In this document: positions 1 through 8,700 of the stretch, in pieces
Layout: each line of letters opens with the position of its first letter
How positions within the stretch are numbered: the stretch's first letter is position 1
From: a bacterium
GTDB lineage: Bacteria > Hinthialibacterota > Hinthialibacteria > Hinthialibacterales > Hinthialibacteraceae
NCBI GenBank assembly: GCA_963662285.2
Contig: CAXXMV010000002.1
Location: forward strand, 1,408,001-1,472,000
DNA: 64,000 bases
Reading direction: 5' to 3'
Notes under the pieces: generated by a model
What the model was told of the DNA's origin: nothing
Database searches by the model: none
The model's input: the letters and a program-made list of their open reading frames with translations, nothing else
Program-made: the position numbers and the translations under genes

Positions 1-1
1 A

Positions 2-178
2 CGCCGGATAAGGTCTCAAAAAGCAAGCGCATTGCCAATAACGCTTCCTATTGACTTGAAATTACTACTGGTTGAACACTCCATCAAGACGGGATATACC
101 AAACAGGAAATCATTATCAAAGCCCTTGAAGAATACATGGCCAAATATGCGCTGGTCAAACAAGCGCCTGCCAAATAA
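2..178 (+). CDS. 5'-truncated small protein, probable ribbon-helix-helix (CopG/ParG-like) DNA-binding protein
   Basis: Not in the ORF track. Frame 2 is open from the window edge to TAA at 176-178 and reads RRIRSQKASALPITLPIDLKLLLVEHSIKTGYTKQEIIIKALEEYMAKYALVKQAPAK. The strand-helix-G-x-T-x-x-E-I-I-x-x-A-L-x-x-Y pattern is typical of RHH proteins. Confidence 0.6.
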   Translation, partial: RRIRSQKASALPITLPIDLKLLLVEHSIKTGYTKQEIIIKALEEYMAKYALVKQAPAK

Positions 179-193
179 GCGGATTTGATAATG

Positions 194-838
194 TTACTCA
201 GGAATTGTTTTTCTGATGATTTTGATGTTCTGTTCAATTGAATCTGAAGCTACATAGCAGGAATAAGCGTCTGAAACAGGCAATGCATTCAGAAACCACT
301 TTTTTTCTTCCAATAGGGCGGTGGTTTCATCCACCCAGGTCAGACTGGCGAGCGGCGCTGACATGCCGCGTCCATCGGCTTTGATAACACTCTCTTTTTT
401 TGTCCAGTATTCAAAAAAGGTATTGCATGAATCAGTACTATTTTGAATATTGCTCCACTCATCTTTAGACATGAATGATTGAAAATCTTCATATTCAATC
501 GGCCTGATTTGTTCTATATCAATTCCCAGGCTATTAGTATTACTGATTGCGCAAACCACCTGATTGCCTGAATGCGAAATGTTAAAATCTATTTCATCAT
601 TCAAATAGGGACGTCCATAGGATGTTCGTTGGATATTGAAAAAATCCTGTTGACTTAATCCTATTTCCAGGAATCCCTGCAAGAGAAGATGTTGACCATA
701 TAGGCCCGCATAGCGGTCTTTCCAGAAATGATATCGCAGTATTTTATCCTGAGTTTCGATAGGTAAGCATCGAAGAGAGTCATGCCATATATGATCTGGT
801 ATATGATCCGGGAATGAACTATAGAAAACCGTAATCAT
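194..838 (-). CDS. Sfp-type 4'-phosphopantetheinyl transferase
   Basis: Motifs YGRPY, FNISHSG, LGIDIE and WTKKESVIKADGRG; 214 aa; next to a PKS/NRPS cluster. Confidence 0.95.
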   Translation of the reverse strand: MITVFYSSFPDHIPDHIWHDSLRCLPIETQDKILRYHFWKDRYAGLYGQHLLLQGFLEIGLSQQDFFNIQRTSYGRPYLNDEIDFNISHSGNQVVCAISNTNSLGIDIEQIRPIEYEDFQSFMSKDEWSNIQNSTDSCNTFFEYWTKKESVIKADGRGMSAPLASLTWVDETTALLEEKKWFLNALPVSDAYSCYVASDSIEQNIKIIRKTIPE

Positions 839-843
839 GATTT

Positions 844-1497
844 CTAATCTTTATCATGAGTCTTTTTAATTTTAGCGGAAATCAGCAATCCCTCTTCAAA
901 CAAAGTTTTATAATGCTTGCGGACTTTGAAAGTATTGAAATCCAGGAAAGTTCCACCAGAGTCGAAATGTTGGATAAAAACTTTCCCTGTGGCGAATGTA
1001 AATGCAGCGGAAGTGAAGGGAAGGGCGGTTAAATAAGTCAATGCGCCAATTACCGGGACAAAAATAAAAGCCATCCTGACCAGTAAAATTGAAAGATAAA
1101 GAGGTCCGACCCCGCTCATTAAAGATGCGATAATTATTTTAGCTTTTTGATTAGAAAACGGGACATCATAGAGTTCAGCCAGTTGTTTTAGCGTGCTGGC
1201 TTGAAATCCAGCCATGCCGACAATATCCAGCAAGGGAATGGGGATTACTCCAATACCCATCGACCACAGCATGTTTTTCTTTACAATATTCAGGGCTTGC
1301 GTCTCACGTTTTGCAAAATCGATCTTTTCGCCAGCCTCAACAGGCGCTATATCCTCATCTTTGGCGGCATCTTTGGTAATATCTTTGGCATTATCTTTTA
1401 CTAATTGATCATCGGTTTCAACTGATGGGGTAAGAATGGCATTGGCGTCTTCCTCATCTGCGATTTGACAAAAGTTTTTCAAGTTACTTCGAGCCAT
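844..1497 (-). CDS. DUF697/YcjF-family membrane-associated protein with an acidic N-terminal extension
   Basis: Pattern GVIPIPLLD...[16 protein letters not shown]...VPVIG...[18 protein letters not shown] with hydrophobic segments. The start overlaps the parA stop; GAGGAGGTG Shine-Dalgarno upstream. Confidence 0.75.
   Translation of the reverse strand: MARSNLKNFCQIADEEDANAILTPSVETDDQLVKDNAKDITKDAAKDEDIAPVEAGEKIDFAKRETQALNIVKKNMLWSMGIGVIPIPLLDIVGMAGFQASTLKQLAELYDVPFSNQKAKIIIASLMSGVGPLYLSILLVRMAFIFVPVIGALTYLTALPFTSAAFTFATGKVFIQHFDSGGTFLDFNTFKVRKHYKTLFEEGLLISAKIKKTHDKD
1357..1398. repeat. Imperfect 12-bp tandem repeat (about 3.5 copies) encoding [14 protein letters not shown]
   Basis: Units atctttggcggc / atctttggtaat / atctttggcatt / atcttt, read directly from the sequence. 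Confidence 0.8.
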
Positions 1498-2131
1498 ATA
1501 TCACCTCCTCAATTAGATTACCTACTATTTTGATTTCTTCATAGGCAATTGATGCGGGATAAGCGTGACCTATCCAATCTCCTAAGCCGAAACAATCGAC
1601 AAAAGCGCTGCGCTGCCCCACGCCGGGGCTGATGGGTTCATTAAAGCCTTGCAATGCATCAGAAATTTCTTTACCAAATGAGGTCCTTCGATCTACCCGG
1701 CTGGGAACCAATAAGCACTGCGGTTGTCCATTGCGGATAGCGCGAGTTTTTTGCATCAATGCAATGGCTTTGGAAGTGGCGACGAAATCCGCTCCGGATG
1801 GCGTGACTGGAATAAGGAACAAATCACAGATGATCAAAGACGCTTCAGTGGCTTCATTGGTATGGGGTGGGAGGTCAATGATCAAGAGATCGGCAGTAAG
1901 ATTTTTGGCGTAGCGTATGAATTGCTCTGCATCACTTTGATTCTCAACCGGAAAAGTTTGTAAATGAATGGGGAGTTTACCACTTTTACACCAATCGGTC
2001 GCAGTTTTTTGTTCGTCCAAATCCAATAGAATAACCGACTTACCCCGTGAGGCCAATTCGCAAGCAATATTCACAGCGATTGTGGTTTTCCCGACACCGC
2101 CTTTTTTATTGCCAACGGCTATGCATTTCAT
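1484..2131 (-). CDS. parA: ParA/MinD-family ATPase, short type without an N-terminal HTH
   Basis: Deviant Walker [21 protein letters not shown] and PVTPSGAD. Start placed at MKCIAVG (ATG at 2131; 2140 is also possible). Confidence 0.9.
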   Translation of the reverse strand: MKCIAVGNKKGGVGKTTIAVNIACELASRGKSVILLDLDEQKTATDWCKSGKLPIHLQTFPVENQSDAEQFIRYAKNLTADLLIIDLPPHTNEATEASLIICDLFLIPVTPSGADFVATSKAIALMQKTRAIRNGQPQCLLVPSRVDRRTSFGKEISDALQGFNEPISPGVGQRSAFVDCFGLGDWIGHAYPASIAYEEIKIVGNLIEEVIYGSK

Positions 2132-2256
2132 GCAGTTCATTTCCTTTCCGGGCAAGCGTTTCTATTGTTTTATTGTTGATATTATCTAGAATAAGTCAAG
2201 CGAACTGTATACTTGTAACGCAACTCTTATCAAAAATCACTTTTACAAAAAATTAT
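2132..2256. promoter_or_regulatory. AT-rich divergent intergenic region between parA and asnB
   Basis: Position between two divergent starts; AT-rich. No specific promoter boxes are assigned. Confidence 0.45.
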
Positions 2257-4128
2257 ATGTGTGGAATATCTGGAATCTTCTCTTTCATTAATAAAAAACC
2301 GATAGAACAACCCATTCTGGAAAAAATGACCAGTCAGTTGGTGCATCGCGGACCGGATCAATCAGGGTATTATTGCAAACATGGCGTTGGCTTTGGTTTT
2401 AGACGTTTATCCATTATTGACCTGGAGAATGGGAATCAACCCCATTTCAATGAAGATCACACCATCTATTCGATATGTAATGGAGAGATTTACAATTATA
2501 AAGAACTGCGTACGCAGCTAGAATCAAAAGGTCACCGCTTCCGTTCGCATTGCGATGTTGAAATTCTGGTGCATTTGTATGAAGAATACCGGGAAGATTT
2601 TGTTAAACACCTCAACGGCCAATTTGCTTTTGCGCTTTATGATCAAAATCAAGACCGTCTTCTTCTAGCCCGCGACCCGATTGGCATCGCTCCGCTTTTT
2701 TATACTGTAGCCAATCAGCAACTGATTTTCGCCTCTGAAATAAAAGCAATCTTACAGCATCCGGCGGTTAAGAGAGAAGTGAATTTAACCGGCCTGGATC
2801 AAATCATGACGTTCCCCGGCCTGATAAGCCCGTGTACGATGTTTAAGGATATCTACTCGCTGCCGGCAGGACATGATCTTCGCATCCAAAATGGCGCTAT
2901 AGAGGATCATGAATACTGGGATCTGCAATACCCGGAAATAAATGACATTGGCCCGGTTCTTGAGGAATCGTCCTATCTCGCCTTATTGGAAGAGCATCTT
3001 TCGCAAGCGGTTCGCTACCGCCTTAATGCTGATGTTCCAGTCGGTTTTTATTTAAGCGGCGGGCTGGATTCAAGTTTGATCGCCTCTCTGATCCACCAAC
3101 TGCAACCGGATGTGAAACGTCATTCATTCTCGATAACTTTCACGGATAAGAATATCAGTGAACGGCAATATCAACAGATGATGGTTGATCAATTGCAATC
3201 AATCCACCATGAGCGGGAATTTGCATCCGAAGAGATTATCAACCGCTTGCAGGCGGCCATCTGGTATGCGGAATGTCCCCTGAAAGAGTCATATAACACC
3301 TGCTCGCTGGCGTTATCGAGCCTTGTTAAGCAGAATAATCTCAAAGTTGTTTTAACTGGCGAGGGAGCGGATGAATTGTTCGGCGGTTATGTCGGATACC
3401 GCTTTGATGAAACGCGGGATTCCAGTGATTACGATCTATACGATGTTCAAACCATGCTGGAACAGGAAACCAGAGAGTCGTTGTGGGGCGACCCGGATTT
3501 CTTTTATGAGCGTGATTACCATGAATTAAAGGATACTAAAACATCCCTCTATTCGCCTGATTTAGCATTAGGCTATTCATCTTTTGAAGCAGACAAGCAT
3601 TTTGTGATTGATAAAACCAAGATCAAGAACCGTCACCCATTTCATCAAAGATCTTACATTGATTTTAAGTTACGCATCGCCGATCACCTGGTTGCGGATC
3701 ATGGAGATCGCGTGGCATACGCCAATTCGGTTGAAGCCCGCTATCCGTTTCTGGATCACAAGTTCATCGAGGCGGTTCGTTTTATTCCACCTCAAATGAT
3801 GATCCAAAACGCTACGGAAAAATATCTTTTACGCCAATACGCCAGCCGGTATCTTCCCCGTCAAATTCTAGACCGGGAGAAATTCGGTTTTGTGGCGCCC
3901 AGCAGTTCATATTTTCTGAAGAACAAAGTTGAATGGGTCAACGATTTGCTCTCACCGGAAACCATAGCCCGCCAGGGTTATTTCAATGTTGATACGGTGG
4001 AACGTTTGAAAAACATGTATACCGAAGATGGAATGACCATCAACACAACCTTTGAGACGGATTGGTTGATGATTATTCTCACCTTCGGTATTTTTCTTGA
4101 CGCCTTTGATATGCCTTCATGCACCTAG
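2257..4128 (+). CDS. asnB: Asparagine synthase (glutamine-hydrolysing)-family amidotransferase
   Basis: N-terminal nucleophile MCGISG (start at 2257, not 2047), HRGPD, NGEIYNY, LSGGLDSS, LTGEGADELFGGY and EARYPFLD. Confidence 0.95.
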   Translation: MCGISGIFSFINKKPIEQPILEKMTSQLVHRGPDQSGYYCKHGVGFGFRRLSIIDLENGNQPHFNEDHTIYSICNGEIYNYKELRTQLESKGHRFRSHCDVEILVHLYEEYREDFVKHLNGQFAFALYDQNQDRLLLARDPIGIAPLFYTVANQQLIFASEIKAILQHPAVKREVNLTGLDQIMTFPGLISPCTMFKDIYSLPAGHDLRIQNGAIEDHEYWDLQYPEINDIGPVLEESSYLALLEEHLSQAVRYRLNADVPVGFYLSGGLDSSLIASLIHQLQPDVKRHSFSITFTDKNISERQYQQMMVDQLQSIHHEREFASEEIINRLQAAIWYAECPLKESYNTCSLALSSLVKQNNLKVVLTGEGADELFGGYVGYRFDETRDSSDYDLYDVQTMLEQETRESLWGDPDFFYERDYHELKDTKTSLYSPDLALGYSSFEADKHFVIDKTKIKNRHPFHQRSYIDFKLRIADHLVADHGDRVAYANSVEARYPFLDHKFIEAVRFIPPQMMIQNATEKYLLRQYASRYLPRQILDREKFGFVAPSSSYFLKNKVEWVNDLLSPETIARQGYFNVDTVERLKNMYTEDGMTINTTFETDWLMIILTFGIFLDAFDMPSCT

Positions 4129-4135
4129 ATCAACT

Positions 4136-5710
4136 TTAGAATGTTTCCCAGTTGGGTATTACGGTTGGTCCATAGGAACCTGTTGTGAATGACCATACGG
4201 GGCCTTGGACGCGACCTTTGGCGTCTGATACAGCATCCACTTTCCAATAATAAGTGGTGTTTTCATTCAAGGTATTAATGGTATATGATCTATCCGTGGT
4301 GGTATAATCGGCTGTTTCTGACATGCTTACGGTGTTATAATCCGTGCCGATCATGATTTCATACTTGTCGCCGTAGATTGTTCCGGCCTGCCATTTCAAA
4401 TCAATTATATTGCCTACCAGGAATTCTACATTGGCGCTTTGCGAAACTGGCGTGGGATAGTTAACCGGATAATCAATCACCATAGGAGTGATGGTATCCA
4501 GAATTTCAACTTCGGTTTCTCCATCCATAGTGTTCAGGCAGATAACGACAAAGGTTTCATCATCATAGAAATAATAGAGCAGGTCTTTATAACCATTGAT
4601 AGCGCCGCCATGACCCCGGCAATCGCCATAGGGCCGTTGACTCTGCATTAAACCGCCAACGCCATATTCCATGTTCATCCAATGGATATCAGCAGATACG
4701 TAATTCATCCATTTTTTACGGATTCCCTTGTTAATGATTATGTCTTCAGTAAAAATGGCCTTCAAAAAGCGCATCAGATCCCAGGGAGTTGAAATAATCG
4801 CTCCTGCCGCCCATGCGAAGGATGGATTTAAGATTGTAACATCGTTCCAGTTATCCAATGTTCCAGTGGGTTCAAAAAGAAGATTGTTTTTTGTGTACCC
4901 ACGCATCATGCGATCAGGAATCTGTTCATCAACAGCAAAATGGGAATCCTGCATATCTAATTTGTCAAAAATACGGTTTTTAATTTCGTCCTCGATCTTA
5001 TTGCCTGTGACTTTCTCAATAATCATTCCCAGGATCATATAATTGGTATTTACATACCACCATTTAGGCTCTGGCGTTGCTTCATCGGCAGGTATTTCAA
5101 ACAATGCTGTTTGATAAGGATTCGGATATGTCGCTCCGTATTCAAAATACTCCAATTGATTCGTGCCTTCATTGGCAAATTGCAAAAGTTGAGATGGCTG
5201 CCAAGCATATAAGGGATTTGTATTAACAGTTTCCTGAAGCGACTTATTTTCCAGATACCCAGGTAAACCGGATGTCATTTGCAGCAAATCCTTAATTGTT
5301 ATTACATCGGCGCTTATTTCCAATTTTACTTCGCCTGTCAAATATTTATCAACCGTATCATCAAAGCGAATTAAGCCTTCTGATTCCATTTGAAGAATCA
5401 CCATAGCAGTGAACATCTTTGAAACGCTGCCAACCCTGAATTGAGCATCCGGCGTTGGAGGCGCCAAGGTATCAAGATTAGCCATGCCGGATAATCCGAC
5501 CCGCACTCCCCATTCCGGAGAATGCACAATCATAATAGCTCCCGGCGTCTTATCATCGTTGGTGAATTCATCCAGCTTATCCTGCCAGGTTTCCGGGAAG
5601 GCCTCATATTCAAGATCATTCGACGCGGAAAAAACAGGATGCAGCCCCATAGTTAACAAAGATAAAAATAAGGTAAGACATAAAGCGTTTCTACTGAGTA
5701 ACCTATACAT
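4136..5710 (-). CDS. Exported beta-lactamase/PBP-family serine hydrolase (D-peptidase-like) with a C-terminal FN3-like domain
   Basis: SxxK (FRVGSVSK), YxN (WYVNTNY) and GHGG motifs; signal-peptide-like N-terminus from ATG 5710 with AGGAG upstream; C-terminal LNENTTYYWKVDAV...GPVWSFTT module. Confidence 0.88.
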   Translation of the reverse strand: MYRLLSRNALCLTLFLSLLTMGLHPVFSASNDLEYEAFPETWQDKLDEFTNDDKTPGAIMIVHSPEWGVRVGLSGMANLDTLAPPTPDAQFRVGSVSKMFTAMVILQMESEGLIRFDDTVDKYLTGEVKLEISADVITIKDLLQMTSGLPGYLENKSLQETVNTNPLYAWQPSQLLQFANEGTNQLEYFEYGATYPNPYQTALFEIPADEATPEPKWWYVNTNYMILGMIIEKVTGNKIEDEIKNRIFDKLDMQDSHFAVDEQIPDRMMRGYTKNNLLFEPTGTLDNWNDVTILNPSFAWAAGAIISTPWDLMRFLKAIFTEDIIINKGIRKKWMNYVSADIHWMNMEYGVGGLMQSQRPYGDCRGHGGAINGYKDLLYYFYDDETFVVICLNTMDGETEVEILDTITPMVIDYPVNYPTPVSQSANVEFLVGNIIDLKWQAGTIYGDKYEIMIGTDYNTVSMSETADYTTTDRSYTINTLNENTTYYWKVDAVSDAKGRVQGPVWSFTTGSYGPTVIPNWETF

Positions 5711-5732
5711 ATTTCTCTCTCCTGTTCTTACA

Positions 5733-8700
5733 TTATTGTTTATTCGATAAATCATCCTTAAACAATCCTACAAACCTTTTTATAGTATCAGGTTTGTGGA
5801 ACGTTTGATGATAACGAAACCCTATTTCTAACTGGCCATCAATAATCATCGCCTCGATTGCCAGTAATGATGATGACTTGAAACTCCGGTCAATAGATGC
5901 AAAACATAGATCATTTATACATGATACATCAGTGTTTGGTAATTGGGTGGAAATTTCTCCAATATAATTAACGCTGATTTGAGGTTGATTTTCTTCTGCA
6001 TCAAGATGCTCATTGGAATGTGAAGGAAAATAATGTAGTAATCCATACCCTATCCCACCTCCAGGTACATCCATGAGCCTTTGATGAATTGACTCTTTTC
6101 TTTCTTCTACATTCAGAAGGAAAGGATAATTGGCGGTAAACCATCCTACAGTGCGGCTTACATCAATATCTTCAATCAGATGCTGGCGGCCATGACCGGA
6201 AAGAGTTATGCGAATGGTTGAACCATCCAGCCATTGCCCTAATGTGGAAGACAATGCTGCTAAAAGTCCAACCAAGGCATTCTTTTTTGGAGAATGATTT
6301 AAAAAATCGGCTGTTTCATTTTTGGAGAGTTGCAGGGATACGACATCAGTTTGACCATATAACATGGCGCCGGTATCAAAATCGCATGGGATGTTTGATG
6401 AATGCGCGTCATCAATTTTTCGCCAATAGTTGATCTCCTGTTCTGTTATTTGTCCTTTGGAATAGTGTTGCAATTGATCCGCCCACTGGAAATAAGAAGA
6501 TGTCGGGGGGGGAAGTTGCACCGATTTGTGGTCAAGAATCTGTTGATAGGCTTCGATCCAATCGTCTAGCAGAATTCCACCCGAAACGGCATCGGTCGCG
6601 CAATGGTGGATAATCAAGGACAAAACATCACAATCTGGCAAACGAAACAGGACGGCTTTTAAGAAAGGCGGCTGACTCAAATCAAAATTACAATACTGTT
6701 CCTCAATAGTTTGCTTCAGGGAAGTAATGGCGCCATGATTTTGCATGAGATCAACTTTTTCAATTTGGCAAAGACCATTAAGTTGAACTGGTTGCTGCAT
6801 GATTGAATCATGGTTCCAGATAAATTGCATCCGTAATGCATCGTGATGATCCAGAATGGCATTAAGCGTTTGATTGAGTGCATCCTCATTAAGACGCTGG
6901 ATTGTACGTAATGAATATATATGGCAAAGATTGCGATGATGTTCTTCTGAGTGATCAAAGAAACTTTGTTGGATCGGTGTAAGAGGAACTGGATTTTTGG
7001 AATAAAAGCCATTAGTTACGGGGGCTGATTGTTTAAGATTTTCGGATATTTTAGTTATGGTTTCGAATTCAATGAGGTCTCTTAAACGGATATGGATTTT
7101 TTGCTTTCTCAGTCTGTTAACAACCTGGATGGCTTTTAACGAATCGCCTCCAAGATCAAAAAAGGATTGGTTAATACTAACTTTTCCATTGTTCAATACC
7201 TCTGACCAGACATCTGCAATAGATTTTTGCAATTGATTTTGAGGTAAGAGCGTTTCATTGAATGCACAAAGTTCTTGATAGACCTGTTTAAATAACTGTT
7301 TCCGGTCTACCTTGCCATTGGATGTCAGGGGAATGGCGGGTAGAAAAATAATCTTGGATGGAATCATATAATGGGGGATGCGTTTTTTCATAAAAATGCG
7401 AAGCGTCTGTTCATCCACTTGATCATTCAAGACGCAACAGGCAATGATTCCATTTTGCTGTTGGTTCACAATAGCGACTGCTTCGCGAACAGCTTGATGT
7501 TTCATCAAGCATGCTTCCAGTTCGCCTAATTCGATGCGATAACCACGAATTTTTACTTGAGAATCAATTCTGCCTATAAAATCAATTGATCCATCCGGCA
7601 ACCATCGACCGACGTCTCCAGACCTATAGAGACGCCGATTGGATTTAGTAATAATATTAATATCATTTTTTTCCGTTAACTCAATATTCAAAAATTTTTC
7701 ATCATTTATTTCCGGTCGGTTTAAATATCCCCGCGCTAAGCTTTTGCCTGATATGCATATCTCTCCCGGCGCGCCAATAGGGGCCGGTCTGAGAAAGCGG
7801 TCAACAATGAATACATTTATATTGGCCAATGGAAAACCAATCGGAATCCCATAAGGATACTCTTTATCAGGATGAACTGGCTGCATACATGTACATACCG
7901 AGTTTTCGGTTGGGCCATAGGCGTTAAAAAAGCGGCATGAATCGCGATAATGCAATGCATCCTCTATATTGACCGCCTCTCCCGCAGTTAACATAACCCG
8001 CAAGGTGGGAAATTCCGCCTTCTCAAATGCATTCAATAACGAGGGAGGAAAAGTCATGACGCTGATATTCTGTTCGGTGATGTAATCGTGGAGCAAGGTG
8101 ATATCTTCTTTGATGCGTGATGGAAGTAATACCAAGATCGACCCGGATAAAAGAGTCATGAATATCTCAGATAATGAAGCATCGAAGGCGCAGGAGGCGG
8201 CTTGTAGAATACGATCTTGATCCTTTATGCCAAATACCCGGATTTGCTCCCGGATCATATTTATAAAAGCTCCATGTTCTATCAACACTCCCTTTGGAAT
8301 GCCCGTTGAACCGGAGGTGTAAATGATATAGGCCAGATTGTTTTCATCAATTTTATTGGGAATGTTAGTCTGAATATTATTGTTGATGCTAGCGGGATCA
8401 ATAATTTGACAATGTTTTGATACGTTTAGCAATGGAGATAATTCGGAAGAACTTAATATCAATCGACAACCACTATCCTGAAGAATAAAGTTGATGCGTT
8501 CTTCGGGATATCCTGCATCAAGTGGTAGATAGGCGCCTCCGGCTTTCATGATTGCTAATAGAGATATGATCAGCCATTCGTTTTGCGGAAAAAAGACAGC
8601 CGCAAATTCTTCTTTTTTTAATCCGTATTGATGTATAAGATGATGTGCTATCTGGTTGGCTGATTGGTTTACCTGCGCATAAGTCAAGGATTGGCTTTCG

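Noticed and set aside
16-237. 73-aa minus-strand ORF in the track
   Set aside because: It overlaps the PPTase end and is antisense to a more protein-like RHH frame (2-178, + strand); probably a shadow ORF.
2047-2256. 70-aa N-terminal extension of asnB
   Set aside because: Ntn amidotransferases need Cys at position 2 (MCG at 2257), and the extension overlaps parA on the opposite strand.
5711-5755. Longer start for the serine hydrolase
   Set aside because: ATG 5710 has a good Shine-Dalgarno and places the signal peptide at the N-terminus.
6505-6512. G8 homopolymer as a phase-variation site
   Set aside because: It encodes the proline run in the ordinary LPPPTSSY motif of the E-like domain and the frame is intact; too short to support the claim.
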